A DNA stretch of 59,873 bases from the NCBI GenBank assembly GCA_016792665.1, contig JAEUKJ010000541.1:1-59873 (forward strand), written 5' to 3'. Positions 41,805 to 49,659 of the stretch are shown piece after piece; the stretch's first letter is position 1; each line of letters begins with the position of its first letter. Source of the stretch: Deltaproteobacteria bacterium. Lineage in GTDB: Bacteria > Myxococcota_A > UBA9042 > PHBI01. Below the pieces are notes generated by a model that worked only from the letters and a program-made list of their open reading frames with translations, made no database searches and was not told where the DNA came from. The position numbers and the translations under genes were made by a program.

Positions 41805-44800
41805 TCAGCGATCCCAGGGCAAAAAGATTCGGTGACCGGGCAGCGATGCGAGGTCTCGGCGCTCGCGCAACGCGAAGGAGAGTTGCTCGAGGTGGGCTTG
41901 TCCGGTCGAGGCGAAGGCCCGGTTCGCGAGCCCGGCTTGCCTCTGGCACTGCGCGTCATCGCCTGCGAGTCGCGCGCGCGCGGCGTCGAGGAACGAGGCA
42001 TAGGCCGTGGCGTAGGCCGGGCCCTCTTTGCGGAGGGCGCGGATCTGTCGACCCAGGTCCTGTACGGCCGCGCGTGCCTCGTCCTGGCCCGACGCAGCAG
42101 CGGCAAGCGCGGCGCGCGCCCGGAGCCAACGGGCCTCGATGCGGAAGTAGCGCATGCGCAGGAAGAAGATCTTCCGCAGCGAAGACCAACCCTCACACAT
42201 GCGCTTCCACGCGCCGACCCCGTCGCCCCGGCTCAGCGCGAGGTTCGTCTGCGCGAAGAGATCGAAGTAGTGCGGGGTCTGGAACGGCTCGGCAGGGAAC
42301 GCGGCGATCGCGTCCTGGGCCCGCGCGGCGGCCTCCTCGGCGCGACCGGCGACGAGCCATACGAGGTTCGAGCGACCGCTCGAGAGAGCCGCGCGCGCGC
42401 TGCGATCGCCGCGTGCTTCGGCGGCCTCGATGGCGGGCAGGAGCTCTTCCTCCAGCATCGTGAAGTCGCCGAGGTGGGTCGCCGCCCAGGTCCGATACAT
42501 GAGGCAGTTCCATGCCTCCCAGGTGCCGCGCCCCTGGTTCTCGACCAGCAGCGCCTCGGCGCGATGCGAGGTCGCGATGGCTTCCCGCCAGCGCCCCGCG
42601 AAGACCTCGGCCGCGGACAGGCACAGCGTGTAGAAGCCGCGCGCCGCGCCGTCACCGCTCTCCTCGGCCAACGCGCCGGCCTGCGCCATGAAGCGCTTGA
42701 CCCGCGTACCGTCGATGGGCGCCCCCTCGGCGACGCGGTAGACGAACTCGGTGCTGAGCCCGCGCACGGCACGCGCGCGGTCGCCCGACTTCAGGGCCAG
42801 GCGGAGGTGGCGCGTCTGGAAGGCGGCCGAGCGCATGATGTCGAGGTGGTTCAGGCCGAGGGTCGCCGACCAGCACGCGTCGACGCGCGCCAGGACCTCG
42901 GGATCGGGCGGGCCCGCGGACGGGGTGAAGGGCGTGCCGCGGACATCGACCTTGATGCGACCCCAGAGCACGGTCACGAGCGCCGCGACCATCGAGCTCG
43001 GGAAGCCGAGCCCCCGGTCTCTCAGGACCTCGCGCAGCCGGCTCTCGCCGCGCACCGAGTCGCCCGAGCGCAACCATTGGTCGGCGGCGTCGCGCCGTGC
43101 GCTGGCGGCCTGCGCCGGGTCGCTGGTGCGCTGGGTGATCTCGTCATACATGCGCGCCGCTTCTTCGCTGCGCCCCGACAGCGCCAGGGCACTCGCGGCC
43201 TGCACGAGCAGCGGCAGCGCTCGCGTCGGGTCCGTCTCCAGCGCGGCGAGGTAGAGCCGGCTCGCCTGATCGAAAGCGAGCTGTCTCCGCGCACGCTCGG
43301 CCGAGGCCAGGAGCAGCTCCCGCACCTCGCTCGGATCGGAGACACCGGCCTGCTCGAGGTGCTTCGCGATGAGCGCCGGGTCGACGTCGAGGCGATGGGT
43401 CAGCGTCTCGGCGATGCGCGCGTGCAGGGCCGCTCGTCGCGGTGCCGCGATGAAGCTCTGGGCCGCCTCGGCCACGCGCTGGTGATACAGTTGGACGCGC
43501 GGCGGCTCGTCGGGGCTCGGTGCCAGGAGGCGCGTCGCGAGCAGCCGGCGGATGGCGTTGACCCCTTCGCGCGGGTCATCGCAGGTCAGCGCGACCAGAT
43601 CGGACAGCGGCATCGGGTGCTCGGCGACGCTCGCGATGTCGATGGCCGCGCGCTCGATCGCAGGCAGCGTGTCGAGGCGCTTCTCGATGAGGGCCTCCCA
43701 CGATGTCGGGATCCCGCCCGCGAGGGCGTCGGCCGCGAGGTCATGGGCAAAGAGCGGCAGGCCTCCCGAGATGTCGAGGACCTGGGTGGCGGTCCGGTCG
43801 GCGATGTCCGTGGCCCCCAGCTCGCGGAGCAGCGCGCGGATGTCCGCCTCTCCCCACGGAGAGAGCGCGATGATCGCATCGGCATGTGCCGCGAGCTGCC
43901 GCTCGATGCGCTTGGCGACCGCCTCGTAGAGCGGCTCGGACCGGAGCGCGAGCACCACGAGGAGGTTCGGGCAGGCACCGCGCATGGTCAGCGCCGCCAG
44001 CACGCGCAGGCTGTCCTGGTCGCACCACTGGGCGTCGTCGATGACCAGCACGACCCTCCCGAGGTGCCCGACGATCGCCGTCAGGCTCTCGAAGGCGCGT
44101 CGCTGGACCTCCTGGACCTCGCGCGCCACGCGCGCCTCTCGCGCCCGCCAGGCGGTCACGCGAGAGAACGTCGGGAACACCGTGAAGAGGTCCGCGAGGT
44201 GCGGCACCTCGAGGGCCGAGACCTCGTCGGTCGTGCGCCGCGCGAGGTCCGCGGCGAGCTCGTCGAGGATGCGGTCCACGCCGCGATAGGCGACCGCCTC
44301 GGCGAAGTGGCACTGCCCGAAGAAGACGCGCGCGCCGTGGACGTGCTCGGCGCGCCGGGCGAACTCGCGGAGGAGGAACGACTTGCCGATGCCCGAGGGG
44401 CCCTTGACGATCAGCGCACCCGGGCGTGGGCCGTGGGCGTCGGGCAGCGCGCGCTCGAGCCGTGCGACGAACGCGTCGCGCCCGATGAACGGGAACGCGT
44501 CGCTGAATGGGTCGCTCGCGCGCGGCTCGGTCGCGGGGTCGACGGCGGGCCCGGCCGATCCCCAGGGACGCGGGGCTTGGCGCGAGCTCGGGTCGGGGTC
44601 GAGCAGGTCCTCGATGAGCAACGCCAGCCACGGCGGGACCTCGGGCACCAACGTGTCGACGCGCGGCGGGTAGCGGCGCTCGAAGAGCTCGAGGTGCGAA
44701 TAGGCGGGTCGCCCCGTGAGCACGAGGAAGAGGGTCGCACCCAGCGCGTACCAGTCGCCGAGCGGGGTCAGCGGCTCTCCGCGCGCGAGCTCGGGGGACA

Positions 44801-45320
44801 TCAACGAGGGCGTTCCGCGGAAGTTTCCGAGCGCCTCGTGGGCGCTTCGCGACGCGTCGCGCGACAGGCCGAAGTCGACGAGCTTCACGGTCCCGTCGAC
44901 GCGCACCAGGATGTTGGCGGGCTTCAGGTCGCCGTGGAGGACGCCCGCGCCATGCATCGCGTGCACGCCGTCGATGATGCGCGGCAAGACGGCGAGCAGC
45001 CGCGAGACGCGCACGGCCGGCTCGGCGTCGGGGTCGATGTAGGTCGCGAGGTCGAGCCCGTCGACCAACTCCATCGTGAAGAAGGCCCGGTCGTCGCGGA
45101 CCTCGAGCTCGTGGAAGACGACCACGTTCGGGCTGTTGACGGACACCAGCGTGCGGAACTCTTTCTTGAGCTCGCTCGTGTCGGTGTCGCGCGCGATCGC
45201 GAAGGTCTTCAGCGCGACGTAGCAACCCATGGCGCGATCGAAGACCTGGTAGACGACGCCTTCGGAACCGGTTCCGATGAGGGTGGCCTGCTGGTAGCGA
45301 TCGCCAAAGTCGACGGACAT
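41805..45320 (-). CDS. Ser/Thr protein kinase fused to a STAND/AAA+ NTPase and a helical (TPR-like) repeat region (1171 aa)
   Basis: Internal ATG 45320 of ORF 41805..45608 (MSVDFGDRYQQATLIGTGSEGVVY). Kinase motifs present: VALKTF, HGDLKPANILV (non-RD), DFG, GTPSLMSPE. Walker A is GPSGIGKS and Walker B is VLVIDDAQW. A helical tail of roughly 600 aa follows. Confidence 0.9.
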   Translation of the reverse strand: MSVDFGDRYQQATLIGTGSEGVVYQVFDRAMGCYVALKTFAIARDTDTSELKKEFRTLVSVNSPNVVVFHELEVRDDRAFFTMELVDGLDLATYIDPDAEPAVRVSRLLAVLPRIIDGVHAMHGAGVLHGDLKPANILVRVDGTVKLVDFGLSRDASRSAHEALGNFRGTPSLMSPELARGEPLTPLGDWYALGATLFLVLTGRPAYSHLELFERRYPPRVDTLVPEVPPWLALLIEDLLDPDPSSRQAPRPWGSAGPAVDPATEPRASDPFSDAFPFIGRDAFVARLERALPDAHGPRPGALIVKGPSGIGKSFLLREFARRAEHVHGARVFFGQCHFAEAVAYRGVDRILDELAADLARRTTDEVSALEVPHLADLFTVFPTFSRVTAWRAREARVAREVQEVQRRAFESLTAIVGHLGRVVLVIDDAQWCDQDSLRVLAALTMRGACPNLLVVLALRSEPLYEAVAKRIERQLAAHADAIIALSPWGEADIRALLRELGATDIADRTATQVLDISGGLPLFAHDLAADALAGGIPTSWEALIEKRLDTLPAIERAAIDIASVAEHPMPLSDLVALTCDDPREGVNAIRRLLATRLLAPSPDEPPRVQLYHQRVAEAAQSFIAAPRRAALHARIAETLTHRLDVDPALIAKHLEQAGVSDPSEVRELLLASAERARRQLAFDQASRLYLAALETDPTRALPLLVQAASALALSGRSEEAARMYDEITQRTSDPAQAASARRDAADQWLRSGDSVRGESRLREVLRDRGLGFPSSMVAALVTVLWGRIKVDVRGTPFTPSAGPPDPEVLARVDACWSATLGLNHLDIMRSAAFQTRHLRLALKSGDRARAVRGLSTEFVYRVAEGAPIDGTRVKRFMAQAGALAEESGDGAARGFYTLCLSAAEVFAGRWREAIATSHRAEALLVENQGRGTWEAWNCLMYRTWAATHLGDFTMLEEELLPAIEAAEARGDRSARAALSSGRSNLVWLVAGRAEEAAARAQDAIAAFPAEPFQTPHYFDLFAQTNLALSRGDGVGAWKRMCEGWSSLRKIFFLRMRYFRIEARWLRARAALAAAASGQDEARAAVQDLGRQIRALRKEGPAYATAYASFLDAARARLAGDDAQCQRQAGLANRAFASTGQAHLEQLSFALRERRDLASLPGHRIFLPWDR

Positions 45321-45326
45321 CCTCGC

Positions 45327-45354
45327 GACGCTCGCACGTGGCGCCGGGAGCGTC
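45327..45354 (-). terminator. Candidate hairpin between the aminotransferase and STAND-kinase genes
   Basis: gacgctc-(14 nt)-gagcgtc gives a 7-bp stem in the 46-nt spacer. Confidence 0.3.
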
Positions 45355-45366
45355 CAGCACTCGCCC

Positions 45367-46548
45367 TCAGCGCAAGGTCGCCAGTGCCTCGATGAGGCGC
45401 GCGACGTCGTCGAGGTCGCTGTGCAGGTGGATGGCGATGCGCAGCACGCGCTGCCCGGCGGCGGGCCATGGGAAGATCGGGAGCTCGACGCGATGCTCGC
45501 GAAAGAGGCGCGTGTGCAGCGCCATCGCATCCAGCTCGGGCGCGAGGTCGGGCGGCAGTGGGAACGACGCGAGCGACCCGAGGAGCGCATCGTCCGCGGG
45601 CGCCGCAATCTGCAGCGCCGTTGCGATACGGTCGCGGGCCAGCACGGTGAGGTCGTGGTTGCGCTTGCGGATGCCTGCCCAGCCTTGGGGATCGAGCGAC
45701 GCGATGAACGCCACCGCGTCCGGCCAGGTGAGGTACGGACTCGGGTCGCTCGTGCCGGTCCAGTCGTGCTCGGCGCGAAAGCGCGACTGACCCGGGGCCA
45801 GCGGTGCGGTCAGCCCGTGCGAGATGACCAGCGGGTGGAAGCCGTCGCGCCGCGCCGCATGCACCCAGAGGAGGGCCGCGCCCTTGGCGGCGCAGGGCCA
45901 CTTGTGCCCGTTGGCGGCGTAGTAGGTCAGGCCCAGGGTCGCCAGGTGATCGATGTCCACGTCGACCATGCCCGGCGCGTGGGCACCATCGATCAAGACC
46001 TCGATCCCGCGCGCGGCGAAGTGCGGCAAGAGTGCTTCCAGCGGGAAGACGAGGCCTGTCGGACTGGTGACGTGGTCCAGCATGACGAGGCGCGTGCGCT
46101 CGGTCACGGCGGCAAGGACCGACGCGACGATCGCCTCGGCCGTGGTCCCGGGAAAGGGGATGTGCGCGGTGACGACGCGCGCGCCGCTGCGCTGGGCCGC
46201 GAGCGCGAACGCGTTCTTGCACGCGCCGTAGGCATGGTCGGTGACGAGCAGCTCGTCGCCCGGGCCGAAGGTCGCGTTGGCGAGCACCGTCGCGACGCCG
46301 CTCGAGGCATTGGGCACGAAGACCAGGCCCTCGGGGTCGGCGTGGATCCAGTCCGCCACCTGGCGCCGCGCCTCGGTCAGGGCCACCGGCAGGAAGCGCG
46401 CGAAGAAGTCGACGGGGTTCGCCTCCATGCGCGCGCGCAGCCGCGCCTGGGCCTCCAGCACGACGCGCGGGGTGGCCCCGAAGCTGCCGTGGTTCAAGAA
46501 GGCGAGGTCGGGGTCGAGCTGCCAGTGATGCCGCCAGGGAGTGCTCAT
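45367..46548 (-). CDS. Class-V PLP-dependent aminotransferase (isopenicillin-N-epimerase / cysteine-desulfurase-like)
   Basis: N-terminus LNHGSFGATP. The PLP-Lys motif is YAANGHKW. Also contains DGAHAPG. Confidence 0.8.
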   Translation of the reverse strand: MSTPWRHHWQLDPDLAFLNHGSFGATPRVVLEAQARLRARMEANPVDFFARFLPVALTEARRQVADWIHADPEGLVFVPNASSGVATVLANATFGPGDELLVTDHAYGACKNAFALAAQRSGARVVTAHIPFPGTTAEAIVASVLAAVTERTRLVMLDHVTSPTGLVFPLEALLPHFAARGIEVLIDGAHAPGMVDVDIDHLATLGLTYYAANGHKWPCAAKGAALLWVHAARRDGFHPLVISHGLTAPLAPGQSRFRAEHDWTGTSDPSPYLTWPDAVAFIASLDPQGWAGIRKRNHDLTVLARDRIATALQIAAPADDALLGSLASFPLPPDLAPELDAMALHTRLFREHRVELPIFPWPAAGQRVLRIAIHLHSDLDDVARLIEALATLR

Positions 46549-46979
46549 CGCGATGGGCTCGGGGGCTCGGGTGGCAAGGCGTAGGTCACCGACGCGTGCG
46601 CGACCGGGCGCGGGTCATCGGCGAGTGCCAGCGTCACGCGCCCCACGGCCAGCGTCCTCCCGAGCTTCAAGAGCTCGGCCTTGGCCGTGATGGGGCGCGG
46701 CTCGGGGCGGCGCAGGAAGTCGATGTGCAGGCTGGTCGTGACCGCCAAGGCGATCGGGCCGAGCTTCGCCAGGAGCAGGAAGTACATCGCCGTGTCGGCC
46801 AGCGTCATCAGGACCGGACCCGAGATGGTGCCGCCAGGTCGCAGGTGCGAGTCGTCCACCGCGAGGCCGATGGTCACCGAGTCGTCGACCAGGGGGCCTA
46901 TCTCGAGCGGCCACTCGAGGGCCTGGGGAAAGCGCTCGGCCAGGAAGCGGCGGATTCCGTCGGGGTCGAGTCCGGGCAT
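46545..46979 (-). CDS. PaaI-family hotdog-fold thioesterase
   Basis: Contains HLRPGGTISGPVLMTLADTA and ..AKAELLKLGRTLAVG. Overlaps the downstream gene by 4 nt. Confidence 0.75.
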   Translation of the reverse strand: MPGLDPDGIRRFLAERFPQALEWPLEIGPLVDDSVTIGLAVDDSHLRPGGTISGPVLMTLADTAMYFLLLAKLGPIALAVTTSLHIDFLRRPEPRPITAKAELLKLGRTLAVGRVTLALADDPRPVAHASVTYALPPEPPSPSR

Positions 46980-47000
46980 TTTCGGGGGTTCCTCGCGACG

Positions 47001-48089
47001 TCAGGTGAGCGCAGGCAGGGCCGCGAGCGCGCGCCGCATCTCGAGGGCGCTCGGGAAGCGCTCGAGCGGGTTCTTCGCGAGGGCGCGCTGGAGGAAGTGC
47101 TGCCACGGGGCCAGCGCGTCGCGGTCGTAGGTCGTCCCGTGGTCCTCGCGCGGCACGAGCGTCTCGGCGAGCGCCGGCATCGGGTCGCGGAGATGCGCCG
47201 CGTAGAGCTCGTGTCGGTCCACGCCGCGAAAGGGCAGGCGTCCCGTCATGAGGTGGAAGAGCATGATGCCGACCGCGTAGAGGTCGACGCGGAGGTCGAG
47301 GGCCTGGCCCAGCACCTGCTCGGGCGCCATGTACTCGGGGGTGCCGAGGATGCGCAGCGGCTGGGTCACGCGCATGGCGCGCTCGCGCTCGATGTTGATG
47401 ACGCCCTCGGGCGTGGTCGCGCTGTCGGCCAGGCGCGCGATGCCGAAGTCGAGGAGCTTCAGCACGAAGGGGTCGTCGTCGACCGCCGTCACGAAGAGGT
47501 TGGCCGGCTTCACGTCGCGGTGGATGTAGCCCTTGCGATGGACGTGCTCCAGGGCGGCGAGGGTCTGGAGGCAGGCCGAGCGGGCCTGCTCGGGCGTGAA
47601 GCCGCGGGTGAAGAAGCGCGCGAGCGGGGCGCCCTCGAGGCGGTCCATGACGAGGAAGTGCTCGAACCCCTCGGGGCCCATCGTCTCGCCGTAATCATGG
47701 AGGGCCACGATGTTCGGGTGCGACATCTTGGCCATGACGATGGCGCCGCGACGGAAGCGGGTCTCGGCCTCCTCGTCGTTGGCGCGCATGAGCTTCACGG
47801 CGACCTTGCGGTGGAGCGTCAGCTGCTCGGCCTCCCAGATGACGCCCATCGCGCCGCGGCCCAGGGGACGGCGGAAGCGATACCGATGCGCGAGCACTTC
47901 GCCCGTGCGGTCCGGGAGGACCTCGATGCCGTCCTTGATGCAGGGTGCGGCGGTCGGAAAGGTCGTCCGGCAGCGGGGGCAGAGGTAGCGAATGGGTTTG
48001 GGGAGATCGGTGACCGTGTCACGCAAGGCGCCACCACTATCGAAGGGTCGATGAGAGAACGCAACCCCTTCCGGCCGTCCGTGGCTCAA
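47001..48089 (-). CDS. Ser/Thr protein kinase with an N-terminal CxxC zinc-ribbon-like motif
   Basis: TTG start, forming a TTGA overlap with the gloB stop. The N-terminal motif is YLCPRCRTTFPTAAPC. Kinase motifs present: GRGAMGVIW, VAVKLM, HRDVKPANLF, DFG, GTPEYMAPE. Confidence 0.85.
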   Translation of the reverse strand: MSHGRPEGVAFSHRPFDSGGALRDTVTDLPKPIRYLCPRCRTTFPTAAPCIKDGIEVLPDRTGEVLAHRYRFRRPLGRGAMGVIWEAEQLTLHRKVAVKLMRANDEEAETRFRRGAIVMAKMSHPNIVALHDYGETMGPEGFEHFLVMDRLEGAPLARFFTRGFTPEQARSACLQTLAALEHVHRKGYIHRDVKPANLFVTAVDDDPFVLKLLDFGIARLADSATTPEGVINIERERAMRVTQPLRILGTPEYMAPEQVLGQALDLRVDLYAVGIMLFHLMTGRLPFRGVDRHELYAAHLRDPMPALAETLVPREDHGTTYDRDALAPWQHFLQRALAKNPLERFPSALEMRRALAALPALT

Positions 48090-48961
48090 CCCTCGCGATA
48101 GCGCTTCAGGTCCTTCAGGCGGCGCGTGGCGGTGAAGATCTCCAGAGCGGTCGTCAGCGGCAGATCCGGCAGCGCGCGGGCGACCGACGCGACGAGCTCG
48201 GGCGCGTGCGTGCGCAGGAACGGGTTGGTGTCGAGCTCGACCGCGAGGCGCTCGGGTACGGTGGCGCGCCCTTCGCGACGCACGCTGGCGACACGGGCGA
48301 CACGCTCGCGCAGTGCGAGGTTGCCGGGCTCGAGCGAGAGCGCGAAGCGGAGGTTGTCCTCGGTGTACTCGTGGGCGCAGAAGATCCAGGTCTCGGGGGG
48401 CAGCGCGGCGAGGCGGGCGAGCCCTTCGTGCATGGCCGCGGGAGGGCCCGTGAAGAGGTAGCCACAGCCGCCGGTGAAGAGGCTGTCGCCGGTGAAGGCG
48501 AGGTCTTCGAAGACGAACGAGACGTGCCCCGCGAGGTGTCCCTCGGTCGTGAGGACGCGCCCCTCGTGTCCCGCGAAGGTGATCGTCTGGCCGCCCTCGA
48601 CCCCCTGGGTCAGGCCCGGGACCTGGGCTGCCACCGCGGCCGGGCCGACGATGGTGAGGGCCCCGGGAATGCTCGGGTCCGGGGCGCCGAGCGCGACGAG
48701 CTCGGGTGTGCGCTCGAGGAGGCCGCGGTTGATGCCGATGTGATCGGGGTGGGTGTGGGTGTTCAGGACGGTCGTCAGGCGCACCCCGAGCTCGCGGCAG
48801 GCCTTCAACACCGAGGTCGCCTCGGGACCGTCGATGCCCGCGGCTTCGTCGCCCGCGACCAGCAGCCAGCCGAGGTTGTCCTTGGCCATCGGGACGGCGT
48901 GCACCGCGAGCCTTCCCGAGCGCGACACGGTCGGGGGCGATAGGGTCGTGACGACATGCAT
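48086..48961 (-). CDS. gloB: Hydroxyacylglutathione hydrolase (glyoxalase II)
   Basis: Contains AKDNLGWLLV. Metal-binding motif is THTHPDH, followed by ..TEGHLAGHVSF..FTGDSLFTGGCG..CAHEYT..NPFLR. Confidence 0.85.
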   Translation of the reverse strand: MHVVTTLSPPTVSRSGRLAVHAVPMAKDNLGWLLVAGDEAAGIDGPEATSVLKACRELGVRLTTVLNTHTHPDHIGINRGLLERTPELVALGAPDPSIPGALTIVGPAAVAAQVPGLTQGVEGGQTITFAGHEGRVLTTEGHLAGHVSFVFEDLAFTGDSLFTGGCGYLFTGPPAAMHEGLARLAALPPETWIFCAHEYTEDNLRFALSLEPGNLALRERVARVASVRREGRATVPERLAVELDTNPFLRTHAPELVASVARALPDLPLTTALEIFTATRRLKDLKRYREG

Positions 48962-49041
48962 GGCACTGACCCTAGCGCATCCGCGGCTGCGCGCGGGACA
49001 TCTATTGACGAGGACCGAGGGTCCGGCCAGGGTCCGCCCTC

Positions 49042-49590
49042 ATGTGGATCTATCTGCTCGTCGGGCTGGGGGTCGGAGTGCTGGCCGTGATGTTCACGGT
49101 GCTGAGGCAGGAGAAGCGCTATCGCGTGCTCTTCTCCGACACGCACCTCGCCGCGCTGGCCGAGGCCGTCGACACCTCGCGCCGCGGCGATCTCGGTACC
49201 ACCTTCGAAGGCCTCACGGTGAGCTACCACCCGCTGCCGAAGCACCTCGCCCTGCGCATCCGCAGCGCGAAGCCCATCGCGAAGCCGGCCGCGCGCTTCC
49301 TCCTGGCCTTCGTCGATGCGTTGGTGCGCGGCGAGGCCCGTGGGGATGGCGCTGGTGAGGCACGTGCGGAAGGCGAAGGCGCGACGCGCGCCGAAGGCGA
49401 CACCGACGCGTGCCACTTCCTGAGCTCGGGCAACACCATGGCGCTGGTGTGGAGCCGCGAGAGCGGGGTCGATCTCGAGCACGGGTCCATCGCGTTCGAC
49501 GCCGATCGCGTCCAGGCCGTGCGCGCGGTGGCCGCCGATCGGATGCGCGATCTGGTCGTGGTCGAGGGCACCCTCGAGGCCTACGCCTGA
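49042..49590 (+). CDS. Membrane-anchored hypothetical protein
   Basis: ORF 49042..49590. N-terminal TM helix is IYLLVGLGVGVLAVMFTVL. A low-complexity stretch GEARGDGAGEARAEGEGATRAEGD is present. Confidence 0.6.
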   Translation: MWIYLLVGLGVGVLAVMFTVLRQEKRYRVLFSDTHLAALAEAVDTSRRGDLGTTFEGLTVSYHPLPKHLALRIRSAKPIAKPAARFLLAFVDALVRGEARGDGAGEARAEGEGATRAEGDTDACHFLSSGNTMALVWSRESGVDLEHGSIAFDADRVQAVRAVAADRMRDLVVVEGTLEAYA

Positions 49591-49659
49591 GCCACTGGCC
49601 GCGCGGGGTTCGTGCTTTCGGCGTGACAAGTGTTCAGTGATGCGTCACGCGATTGGACC

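Noticed and set aside
49003-49035. A TTGACG -35-like hexamer and the agggtccg direct repeat upstream of the 49042 gene, considered as promoter and operator.
   Set aside because: No convincing -10 element lies at proper spacing. The repeat is short (8 bp) and could easily arise by chance.
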